Assembly (NCBI GenBank): GCA_040954595.2
Contig: CM082580.2
Span: 4,454,783-4,518,782 of the forward strand
DNA: 64,000 bases
Origin: Balanoglossus misakiensis
Lineage: Eukaryota; Animalia; Hemichordata
Reading direction: 5' to 3'
Shown here: one piece after another, positions 51,871 through 64,000 of the stretch
How positions within the stretch are numbered: the stretch's first letter is position 1
Layout: every line of letters starts with the position of its first letter
Notes under the pieces: model-generated
What the model was told of the DNA's origin: nothing
The model's database searches: none
Seen by the model: the letters and a program-made list of their open reading frames with translations, nothing else
Made by a program: the position numbers and the translations under genes

Positions 51871-54800
51871 TGGTTGAGCGATGATGTTCCTCTGTGCCAG
51901 GTTCTTGAAGTAAACGGAAAGCAAGTCACTATTGAGGGATGGATAGGACATGCCAAACTTGGACAAAACGGCCTGCAAGTTGGTCAAACTGCTCTTCCCC
52001 AGTTCTGAAAATGCTGATGAATTCCTGGACATAAAATCAAAACAACACTTCTTTTTAAACCACAGCTGCTTGTGTGATATAAGCCATTAAACACAGGCCT
52101 AGGTGCAGGACGTCTAGTCATTCACCTTTTTACATGTCGATCGATTGGTCGCCACTTATATTAATACCGTTACCAGCACTACCACCCTGGTTTGACCATA
52201 TGGCCAGGGCGATCAATGAATAAGTCACAGGTTTTTAAAAACTTATTTCTGCCTTTGTTGGCGCAACCAAAATTTGAAATGGTTAAGAATTATGCAGAAA
52301 TTTACAGTAGCTTTAAGTTGATTGATTTGTCTTATACATGAGTTCCACTCTTAAAATCTGAATGGCTTAATTGTTTAAATCCTGAATACTTACGACACAA
52401 TATTGTCCAGCAGTTCCCCAAGCTGTTGGTCTTCAGCAGTGTGATTGGAATTCTTTAAGTCTTCAATTTGTCTGCGCCATTCCTCAAAAGGTAACAGCTG
52501 TATCGGGTAACCATGTGCCTTCATCCACTCAAACATCCTCCTTTACGTTATCCAAAAATAAAAAAAAAATATTCATCTCTGGTTTCCAAAGGATGTTTAA
52601 CTGATAAATCAGACATGCAGTAAAATATAGTGACCTTTCTGTTATTTTGACAAATAGACAGTTGGAATTATGTAGCCTGAATTAAATAAAAAAAGACCGC
52701 CTTACTGCGATACAAGAGGCCTAGGATTGACCAAGTGAAAGACTTTGCCCATAGCAAGCATAATGTCCTGTGTGAGCTGCACTATAACGCTGCTGACAAA
52801 GTCTACGGGCGTCATCTCGATGCTCCAACCCACGTCCGGGGCACTCATTGTTCGGACACATCCCCTGATCAATAAAAGATTGGCGTCTATTGGATTCCAA
52901 GCAGCATGGGTGCTGTCTCCCGACAAGTTGCCTGTAGAGATTCAAATGACTTGGTGATATTATATCCTGCCTCAGGGGAGCCAAGATGGTGAGCCTGCTA
53001 CCACTTTTCTTAGAGAAACAAGCCTTTTTGCTTCACTTCTGACCACTGTCCCTCCTCACGTACAACAACCAGTGGTGCAGTGAAGCAAACAAGAATTTAA
53101 CAGCATTAACCCAATATTTGGATGCATCATTCTTCTGTCAAATGTGGCAAAACATTTATACATTTCCACACATTTTTCTATTAACAATTTCTTACCGCTC
53201 ACATAACCCCTGATTATGGACAATGTAGATATAATTAAGCAACAACCCCCCCCCCCCAAAAAAGGCAGGTATACCGGTACACGCGAGATCCAGGTACAAT
53301 TTGCAACATACCGGTATAGCATGAGTCGCTATATGGAGCATACATGTACTTACAGTTCATCCACAAAACTTTCTGACTTATAGGAAATCAAACAGTTAGA
53401 AACAAAGAATGTATAATATACATAAAAACAAGAATAGGTTGTAATGAGATGTAACTGGCATAATTTACCACACCTGGTCTATACACTGCAATAGGAAGTC
53501 CCCTTTCTTTGGCATTTAACACAAGCTGTTCGGCCACCCATTTAGTCTGGCTGTACCCGTCATGAAGTTTGTCAGCAAACTGGGTCATTTCAGCATCTTC
53601 CATTGCTTTTTCCGATCCACTTGGAAAAACACTGTATGTGCTAAGGAAAGAAAACAAACATTATATTGGCTGGTTATGTTGTTTGTTGGATTTGAATAAA
53701 ATGATTCATCATGCCCACATGGTGAAAACTGAAGGGGATTTAAGATGGAATAAAACACTTGTCATCATTTGTTTAACTTTTTCATGCTTCATTTTTTTGC
53801 TGCTTCAAACGTTCAGCAGGAATAAGTGTGGATTCCCTTTGTTAAACAGGGCCAAAATCTGCCACTTTAATAAGGATTATTAAGAGGACATGCACCCCTT
53901 CATTACTGTAGAACTGAAGGTAAGACACTGCAATATGCATGGATACGTTCATGCACGATTGCCCCAAATGGCCGAAAACAGCATTTTGCAGGATGAAAAC
54001 GACAAGTGTGAACATTTTTGTCAACACATTATGCCTGTGGGGCGTTTATTAGAGTGCAAATATCAGGTACCATTCACTATTGTTAGAATTTTAATTGCGC
54101 TAAGGTTTCTTTTCTAATGTTTCCAATTCCTGAATGAATTATCTAATTTTACTAACCTGATGTAATGCAGAGGTTTGATTTTATTGGTGCACGCAAATAG
54201 CAAGATGTTCTCTGTGCCAAGAACGTTGGCTCCGTGCAGAGCTTTGTATGGATAAACCAGATTGACATAGGCAGCTGCGTGAATTATGAAATCAACCTGT
54301 AAAAATATTGAATGCACATTTCATATTTTATAGCATATGATACCTAATTACATGTAGCACAAACTTCAGCTTTACCATAGCTTGATCACAGATCCCAAGA
54401 TAAAAGCAAATTGAGTTATTCACCTCACATGTCAAAAATGTGTAATCTTCAACAGTCATTCCCAGGTTCACCAGGGAAACATCACCTGAATTAAGACATC
54501 ATGAGTTATGAATGAGTATCATTTTCTTTATGCAATGAAAATGAATTTTTCAATTACTTTTGATGTCAAAAATATACACCAGGTTTTATGTCCATTGGTG
54601 TGTTTTTTTTAATTTCTAGCATTTTTATTTTCAGGATTAGGTCTTATCAGACATGTAAGAAATCATGCCCACCCTTAGAGTGTGGTTGATGGGGGATGCT
54701 GCAGATGTCAATAAAGGGCTCTTTGAGTCGAGACAGAGTGGAATGGAGATGTAGACTTGGGAGATGGAATATTACAAAAAAAAACATAGAGAATATCTGG

Positions 54801-57800
54801 AGAATATACAGACCATTAAAAACACCGGTCTTCGAACAAGGCGAAACGTGAAGGCTACTGTCGAGGATCTACTCAATTTGAAACATGGTATTGAAAAGGA
54901 CCTACTTTTTGCCAAGAAAGGTTGATAAAGTGATAATTAAGACTTAAAAATATTGCCATTTTGCATTATTTAATGTGTGTATGTTTTTCAATACCAAACC
55001 ACACATTTTTATTTCACAAGAAAATCTTTTCCTATTTTCTATTTTGATAGGCGTGAGTGCATCCAAGAATGAAAACGAGAAAATCACCAGTGGCAAAATG
55101 AAGAATGAATCTAAGATAAGAGCTATAAAACGGGATATGATAGAGTCACACATGATATAGTAGATTGTTGTACAGGTGTTCTCCTGAATATGAAAACCAT
55201 CCTTAAATATCACTGGTGACGCCGAAATAGAAAAACTTGGAGCATATACTTTAATACACAAACAAAATTCAAATAAACTGAACTGCGAAAAAATTCTATG
55301 AAGATTCCCCTTTACTTCAATACATCAAACACCTGGTCAGTAGTGTGCTTGATTTTGAAGTACAAGACCTGTCTCCCTGTTAACCAACCTTTCATATACG
55401 CAACCCTGTTCTTCAATTCTTCCAATATCAAATTTTGTTCCACTGTTCCATTGGTGCCAGCAGGCAGTATGCCATATTCTTTGAGAATTCTCTGCAGGCG
55501 CTCCTTACAGTTAGAATCTGGTGGTTCCCGCACCAGGCAATAGATGTACACCTGAAGAAAGAGACCAACAAGATTTTAGCTTACTTCCTTGGTTATATAA
55601 ACTTGTTTTCCTGTGAAGGTTGAGCTGATAACACTTCATAATTAATCAAATATGTCACATGTCTTTTTCGTAAGTAATCAAGTGGCATGGCTCTGAGCCA
55701 TGATTTCATTTCATGCAGGTCCGTCTGATGTGGATAAATTATCTGAATGCAGTACCACAGGCTGAACAGGGAGAACTTCAGTTTGCAGAGGTGCGCGATA
55801 TCATAGAGGAGTTGTTATAGAGGTAACATGATGTCTATATGATATGAAATGGAAAACATATTCAGATATAGGACAAGTTTCCAGACTGCATACAGTTCAG
55901 ATTAGACATAGTTTTGATGTAGTTATTAGACATAGTGTAATATAATAATATAAATGTGTACATGAAGTATCAAGTGGTGTAATTCAAAACATTTACAATA
56001 AAATGAAAGCGTAACTTCCTGAAGAAGCAGGGTCTGTTCCAGTGCTCTTGATATTCAGAAGAGAAGGCGAAAAAATGACATTTTTGTTCATGTTTTGCCA
56101 AATTTTCACACACAAACTGTTTCTTCACATGTCAAAGATTTGCAAATGTGACATCTACGTCAAGAGTTAAATTACCTTGGTGTCTCTGAGTAGATCTCTC
56201 AACAGGAACGCCCCCAGGAATCCAGTGGCACCCGTCAGTAAGACACGCCCTCTGTTCCATCGATTGCCATAATGCATTGACCGCCAGAACGCCCTCAACT
56301 GCATATCAATTCTGACTACACCTTGATTATGCTTGCTTACTTCGGCCAACAGGTCCAGCTTAGACTCTTCCTCTTCCAAGCTAGAGATATAACAAGCACA
56401 TGTGTTCAGAATATGAAAGTTCGACTTGTCCGATTGAACTGCTTGTGTCGCTTCTTAATACATACTTGATATTGAAATCAAGTAAATCACTTGTTTATGG
56501 GATAAATATTTTGATACATGGATACACATTTTGAGGGTGATTATCATTTTTGAATGACTTAGTAAGTTCTCCCTGCATGCTGACGTATGTCGCAATAAAA
56601 AAGGTGGAAGAGATGAAGATGACTATTTAATAACGAACAAAGAGTCAAGGACCCTGTGTGTCCTATTTGGGGATTACTTAGAAATACCATAGCTACCCAC
56701 CAGAATAAAAAATCACAGGTGAAATTGGCAAGCATAAATACCTTTACCATATATAAATATAGAAAAGGTCAACAATTTAACTAGGAACATGCCAAATAAA
56801 CTGGCAATCTTACAAGCGGTGCTACTGCCCAGCCTCCATCTGCACACCAAATATTGAGGTGGCACTATGCGCAGCAGTTTTCAAGTTGTTGATGAGGACG
56901 GACCTACAATGTACATCACGCGTCTCTGATGGTATACCGGTATATAGATATACCAATTGGAACCTAATTAGTTTTACAATGCAAACTTACATTTGACCAC
57001 GACGTTGCAGTTGTGTATCAATCAACCTTGCCATTGCAGCAATTGTGGAATGCTCTAAAAGGTCTTTGACAGTGACTTTGATCTTGAACTTGTCCATGAT
57101 CAGCGAGAGCAGTCTGGCAGCCAGCAAGGAATGCCTGTGTGTTTAGAGTGAAGATACACTGGGTGAATAACTGTTCTGTAGATACATGTAAGTTGCAAGG
57201 CGGCCAAAAGCTGTGGTTTCATATGTGCGATAAAGTGTGTGAGAGATGTATGTTTTGTGTATGTAATTATAAATCCACAGTTAGGAATATAAGGTAAAGG
57301 GTAAACTTGTCCCACATTTTTATAAATAAGAAGAAAATTTTCACCCAGGATATGTATAAAATACGAAAGCCAGAAGCAACTTTACCTCTAGAGGATTAAC
57401 GTTCAATATGGTGATAACAAATTATGGGTACTTCATATTTTTATCTTTTACACTTACAGTTTCAGCTAATTAAATGTAACAACCAGAGACTAACTATGAC
57501 TACATGAAAAGAAATACGAAATCCATGGAAAGTAAATATAACTTGAAGTAACAATTTCCATACCCGCCTAAATCCACAAAATTATCATGTATGTCCAGGG
57601 ATTTGATTCGCAGGATATCCGACCAGAGCATCGACAGTGTTTTCTCTGTTACTGTGGATGGCAAGGTCAGTTCATCTCTATCACTTTCACTGCCCTGGTC
57701 TAATGACAGCAGAGCTCTCTTGTCAAGTTTTCCTGATACGACGTGTAGTGGAATGCTGTTTGAGAAATAGTAAAAACACACAGTGCTGTCAGAAAGCGAT

Positions 57801-60800
57801 ATATATTGCTGCGACTTGCTAAATGTATTGATCTTTCTGATGGTCACAAGATCAGCAGAGCTGTGACTTCTAAATTCTATATCAAAGGAGATTTGAAAAA
57901 TCAACAATTTAGAGGAATGACCATGGTTTTATTTTACTGCTTGCGCTTGCTTGGGAAGCAGAGAATCATAGTTGGACACATATGGCCAACATCAACCACG
58001 TCATTTCTACATCAACCACCTGACACAAATCTCTACATCATCATCCACACAATGTTATAATATATTCTCCTCTTCGCAAACATACAGCTAGTTATATTAC
58101 CTTGACAAGAAAACCAAGTAGGATGGGATCATGTAAAAAGGCAATCTCTTCTTCATCTCAGCCCTGATTCCCTTCTTGGTGGCATTGTTGTTCGGTACGA
58201 TGTAGGCAACGAGAAATTTATCAGAGCCGTCTTCACCCTTGACAAGTACCACACAGGCATTTACGACAGGGAGCTCGAGCAGAGCCGATTCCACGGCCTA
58301 TAGGATACAATATAAGACATCGTACTCAACCCCCCGTACAATCAATTTCTATAAACATATTGTGCATGCAGAATTCTAGTTACACGTATCTCTATATAGT
58401 AGGTTTTGAGAAAGTGTAGTTCAGACCTGAACCTCAACGCTGTATCCTCGTATTTTCACCATCGAGTCACATCGACCACAGACTTCCAGCTCACCACCAT
58501 ACATGTAGGTATCCCCAGTCACCGGTCTTGTACAATCGGTCGCCAACGTTTTCAGGCACTGCAGGAGGCCACTGGATGAATCTCTCAGCATTCAGCTGTG
58601 GTCGCTTCAAGTAACCCCTTGCCAAGGTAGGCCCACCAACATAAATCTAGACAAACCAAGTTGCAGGAGAGAATATGGAGGAAAAGTGGCATGAAACAGC
58701 CACAGAGTTACCTCAAGATCACAATTTGTCACACATTCTTTATGTACCGATACATATACCCCCTTGCACTTATATACATTTCAAAAAATGCTTGGAAATT
58801 AAGCACTATTGATCACGAATAATTCATAGCAATATGTGGGTTACATGTAGTAACAGACATCAATGCATTATTCTCTTTCTACAGTTACTAATAAAAGTAA
58901 TGGAAAAATAAGGATGGTGTATGGTACATAATTCCAACACAACACATGTATCTAATAGAAATTCGGTTTATTTGTGCATGAGAATTCATCGTCCAAATCT
59001 TGCTGCAAAGTACATTTACCCCATTCCCCTTGCAATTTTCCGACATGTATCTATGCAGGGCAGTTACAACAACAACATTCAGAAGTGTTTTACCATGTTA
59101 ACAACTGCAACATCTAACCTGTGTTATGTACACCCCCAACACACACACACAAATTAACTTCATGTAGATGGGTGACTGCAGGGACTGCATAACACTAATG
59201 CTGGCAAAGATAATCCATAAATATTGAACAAAGTTTACCATCATTTAAGGGAGATGGGAGGGAAATTACAAGTACAAATGATAATGGCATTAAGGATTTA
59301 CCTCTCCTGGTGCCCCTACAGGTAATGGTTGTAGCTTGTCATCCATTATGACAATATGCACTCCAGGTAGTGCTTTCCCCACTGGACAGAACTTCCTGGG
59401 CTTTTCACCATCACCTGTCTTGTCATAGAAAACAAACAACAATCTTATAATGTATGTGGTTTTGTGTGAGCCCATTTCATGTGGAATCTGAGAACTTTGA
59501 TTAGCAATCCCAACTGTTTGATTGCTTTTCAGAAAGCATGAGTGAGTGAAAGCCTAAATGCCATTTGTTCCAACTTGCTGTAAGGAGAACAAGAAAATAC
59601 CCAAGTTAACAGTTCTCTCATCAACCTCACTACTGGCTACCTGTTGCATAGCTATATTTTATCAAGTATTAACATCTGGAAATGTTATATAGACCTACGT
59701 GTACATGTTCAAATATTACGGCAAACAGGCTTTGTTGGAAGAAAATGTCAGTCCAGGTGTAGTGCCAGTCACGCCGTCTTTCTCAAGGATTCGGTTTCTG
59801 AATATGATTTGAACCAAAGTCAACAGCTGCTGAACAATTCTGTTTATATGTTTTAGAGAACATTACGTCACAGCAGACTTTACGTACGATAGACAATCCT
59901 TGTGTTAATGCACATGCGCGACCATGATGCATTGCAAGACGCCGACATTTTCAACTGTACTTGCTCTGTACTTGTTTGGTTATTGTTAATTGTCACATAC
60001 AGTGATCGAACAAATGGAATCATGTTATTATTTATGTTTGAGTCCAGTTATATGGTGCCAGATAATTGACCCCTTATTTACACTCTGTCAAAGTTTTGGC
60101 GCCATTGTGGGGGCATTCCTGTTTTCCTTTTCAAGATACAAATGAAGAACTCATAAATACTTTTTCAAGGAACACAAGCCATTGATATTCAAATTATAAG
60201 TTCAGTCAACATTATTCAGATGTTGCCATATGCGATACAAGCAATACTTGTTGACTCACATGCTGGTGGTGTTTTACAGAAAATGAAATCTAAAGAGAAG
60301 TTGAAAATGACATCTCAGTTAGATATTGATATATTTGTGCACTTGGAAAGGGATATACAAAAATTTTGCCTGTATCAGAATTTGAACAACTTGTTAAGAT
60401 AATTGGGCAACATTCCAGAGAGCTTGGCATGTTCATATACCCAGTAGAAATATACATATTTCTGTGACCATTAATTTTCACATGTGGTTTTGTTTGTACT
60501 GTTGTTGTGCGTTTGTATTCAAGGCTTCACTCAACTTACCCCACCATTGTACGTTCCACATGAAATATCTGCCACAGCTACGTCATGGCATTCTGAAATG
60601 CCATAGAGATTCAGTAGCTGTACCCAGGGAAGAGTCTTGGCCACCCTGTCTCGCAAAGCAGTGGTCACCACTTCACCACAAAACAAAATGACCCTGAACA
60701 ATCCAAATGAAGTTTCGAGTTTAGTGACCGTGCATGCCATGGGCCTAGCATAATATTTTCTGAAAACTATATACCGGTAGATGCAAGATCATTGATACAC

Positions 60801-63800
60801 TCCTTCCAAAAATATTTATTTCTTGGGTTTGACATTTCAGCAGTTTCTGGAGTAGTTTCTGAACATTAGTCAAGCAGTCTTCTGCATACATTGTATATGT
60901 GTACCGGTATGTCCTAAATATGATCCCCACTAACCTGAGAGTTTTTAGGGCACCTGCAATGTCTAAATCTTCCGTGTCAATGACCGCCTCCAACAATGAT
61001 GGTGTAAGAGTAGTCCTGGTGATTTTGTGACGTTTTAAGAAGTCCACCAGCAAAGGAGGGTCATAAATTACATTAAATGGGATGATGTACATAGGAATTC
61101 CTATTAAAAGAAAAGGTAGTAGTCTAATTGTACCGATTTCACATGAGAACTTTCAGAGATTGTCTTCACAATGTACCATCTATTTCACCATGACAATGCC
61201 ACAATGGCAGGAAAAAAAGTAGGGACGGTTTTGTTCTTATATTAACATACACATTCTTGAATGATGAAAACAATTCCTGGAGCTCTCTCAGGAATCGTCA
61301 AATGGCATCAGAGGTCGCTGTGGTGTGTGTACATGACAATTGCGCCATTCACTACAAGGTGAATCAGATGCCACATTGTCTGGAATATAGCAGAAATTAC
61401 CTACCCTTCAAGATAGAAGGAAGCCAATCAAACTCAAAGGACACATTGCATGCCACTCTCTCATCAGGTTTGAATGGATAGTTCAGGTGTCTCATATGAT
61501 AGGAGAACACAGCACCACGATGAGGACACATGATACCTTATAAAACAAAGAAATGAATTGCTGGCACCTATAAATTTATAATTTAGTTTCTCCTAACTGC
61601 CACATGACAACTGAGATTTTCTCTTCATGAAGCCGAAGTTTGACAGCTTCATGGGTAGATTAGTTGTTCCTACATACTGAAATAGAACCTACTAGTAAGT
61701 GTTAACAAAAATTTTCCAATAAAAAACTACTTCTTTGCAGACAACGTGAGTCACAAGTTGTGTGTATTGGATGGGGTATGCATAAATATTGATATTTTTG
61801 CCAGTATCATACAAAATGTATTTAAATATTCATGGGGTTTCTCTGTATGTATTTTAGACACAATTTTTAGTGGCCAAGTTGCATTGCTGGATTAAGCCAT
61901 GGAGGTACTAGAGTACCTCCATGATTAAGCACAGTCCCTCAAGAAAGACAGTCGGGAATCGCCTATTGTTCGGACATGTGAACGAGAGGATTAGCTGTGG
62001 GATGCTCATAATTGTCACGTGACCGTCTTAGAATTGCGTCAAGTAAGCCTCGCTCGCTCTTCTTCTTTAAACATTTTTTTCCAAAGTTAACTCCACTATC
62101 GCGTTATTTCTTCAATACAAATCACCTCAGTGCAAGATATCGATTTATTGGTTGTCTCACCCTACTCAATGGCTAGTCGAAACGAAGTCTTATTGTTACC
62201 TTTAGGCTTTCCCGTTGTTCCAGATGAGTAGACGGTATAGGCCAGATTGTCCAAGGTCATCTTAGGTGGACCGTCAAATGGGGGATGCTTGCTGTTTTCG
62301 GTATGCAGTCTCTCTGGCCAGTTCTCATCCAGGATCACCACACAATTTGTATCTAGAATGGCCACGATTAAAATTTCATGACACACAAAAAGTACTCGTA
62401 GCCTACATAACAAAAGTGTTTAAGGGAGCCGGGATTTATTCCCAGGTATAGAACAAATTACAGTCTACCATGAATTTCTGTAAAAACGCAGTGATTTATA
62501 GTTAGCTGACGCCACCACAAAACAGAAAAAAGGGATGACGTGTGCGCTGACCAGTGACCAGAAAGCTTTCATTATTCAGCCATTGGATGACTTCTCACCT
62601 TTAACGTTCTTTGCCATAACGTCGTTCGTGATAACAGCAATTGGCTGGGAGTCTTCCAGGACTGATGAAAGCAAGGGAGGTGGATAGGCGATATTTATGG
62701 GCAGGTATGCACCACCTGTTGATGGAAATTTTGGTGGAGTCATATTAGAATATGAAACATATTTTGTTTCTTTCCATATTTGGAATGTGCGAGTACTTCT
62801 AGAGATTGTTTAAACGCTTGCTCTGGGGACCATTTCATTTATAACCACTGTTACCAGCAAATAATGTTCTGCAGAAGTATTTTAATTGGACTCATTCTTA
62901 TTAATTTTAAAATAAAAAAATGGAGTTCATATTATAATTCTTTTAAAAAATAAAACCGAGGGTGAGTATACCAATAGCACCAGCACAATTCACTCTATAT
63001 ACTCTATACTGGTATTCACATGCCTGTGGTAACGGAAACAAACAAGTATGCACAGCAAACCATCCAGGCCAAGATGATGAGTGGTGGGTTGTAGGAACAC
63101 TCTCGTTTGCAACGATGGCATAATGTCAACAAAGACGAGATTTTTATTTTCCTTGGGCTGACTATTGCCATGGGTCTAGTCAGGAAACCTAACCTTGATC
63201 AGTACTGGTCAACAAGTGATGTGCTGACAACTCCTTTCTTTCGAAAGTACATGTCAAGAAACCGGTAATAATGTTTTTTTCCTGCATCATGTTTACAAAT
63301 GACAAGGCCTTGATAAGACATGTTGTAAGGAATGCAGTTCTATTTCCTATACAGTACTTATGGTCTTTGTTATGTAATTTTGTTTTACAAAGAAGAGGAG
63401 GAAACAATTTATTTTATAACATATATTTCTTATAACAATATGTTGTCAAATGCTATGGTAATGTAGAAAGAACCCTATGTGTGTTGTAATGATCAAATAA
63501 GGTAAATTTCCAGAATTTTCCACTTTTTAAAGGAATTTTCCCATTTTATGGTTACTGTGGTTACCAGAAATAGAAAATAATAAAGTATTATATGTGTCAT
63601 CAATGAAACTGACTATTTTGAATGCAAAATAACTTTAATGCAGGTATAGTAGAATGCTGCGTTGATGCAAAAACAGATGCTGCAGACTTGACATGTGCGC
63701 AACATTTTAGGGGACCCCATGGAGTAAAATTAGGCCAGCCTGTTCATGTGAGATTACCTCACCTGCTTTCAGGATTGCAACGTGAGCCACCGTGTATTCA

Positions 63801-64000
63801 ATGCATTTCCCCATGTAGATGCCAACCATGGAGTCTGGGACCACTCCGAGAATGCGCAGATACGTGGCCAGACAGTCTGTCAGCGCATCCAGTTCACCAA
63901 AAGTGAGCTTTCTGCCATCGTCAGATACGACTGCCACAGCACCAGGTGTTAGTTTGGCCTGGCGAATGAACATCTCGTGGATGAGGCCTTGTGATTCATA
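51862..64000 (-). CDS. NRPS-like adenylation-thiolation-reductase (A-T-R) enzyme, ATRR/glycine-betaine-reductase-like; 5'-partial, about 19 exons, one frameshift (possible pseudogene or null allele)
   Basis: Spliced motifs: A domain (LKAGGAYLP, AYTVYSSGTTGKPKG, CGE, NLYGISE, YKTGD, GRCDSMVKIRGYSVE, SGKLDK), T domain (FVDLGG|HSLLA) and thioester reductase (LLTGATGFLG, IIHAAAYVN, YSQTKWVAE, YRPGN, TPVDFV). The stop TGA is at 51862-51864. The frame breaks at about 58490-58510. Confidence 0.88.

Noticed and set aside
58489-58503. 13-nt GT..AG segment whose removal would restore the NRPS frame, or selenocysteine readthrough of the TGA
   Set aside because: It is far below plausible animal intron size and would delete conserved residues. 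Readthrough cannot help because homology continues in another frame.
51862-64000. Bacterial contamination or recent horizontal transfer of an NRPS
   Set aside because: About 18 canonical spliceosomal introns and host-like composition show long residence in an animal genome.

Overview
AT-rich, intron-rich animal genomic DNA; domain content suggests a marine invertebrate, possibly a deuterostome (inference). Most of the window is a tandem pair of very large GRL101-like (LDLa-LRR-7TM) GPCR genes on the + strand. Copy 1 spans <312..17940 with its 5' end outside the window. Copy 2 spans 27013..49641 and appears complete, with about 41 exons and roughly 2,450 aa by manual splicing. The architecture is signal peptide, EGF x2, LDLa x4, F-type lectin, Cys-rich/cbEGF, C-type lectin (EPS), EGF-like x2, CUB, an unassigned beta-module, CUB x2, C-type lectin (QPD), degenerate C-type lectin, LDLa x7, LRRNT + 5 LRR, 7TM, and a cytoplasmic catalytically dead kinase C-lobe fragment. 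The lectin end has diverged strongly between copies while the 7TM end is almost identical. About 8.5 kb between the copies holds decayed transposon fragments (CACTA-, Kolobok-, Harbinger/ISL2EU-, hAT- and L1/Tx1-like), and copy-specific insertions sit in introns. On the - strand (51862..>64000) is an intron-rich NRPS-like A-T-R gene resembling glycine-betaine reductase ATRR. It lacks the second reductase domain, appears to have a re-coded substrate pocket, and carries a single frameshift. TACATGTA/TACCGGTA palindromes are over-represented, and two paired filled/empty sites behave like Tc1/mariner excision footprints. All exon coordinates were read by eye and may be off by a few bases.
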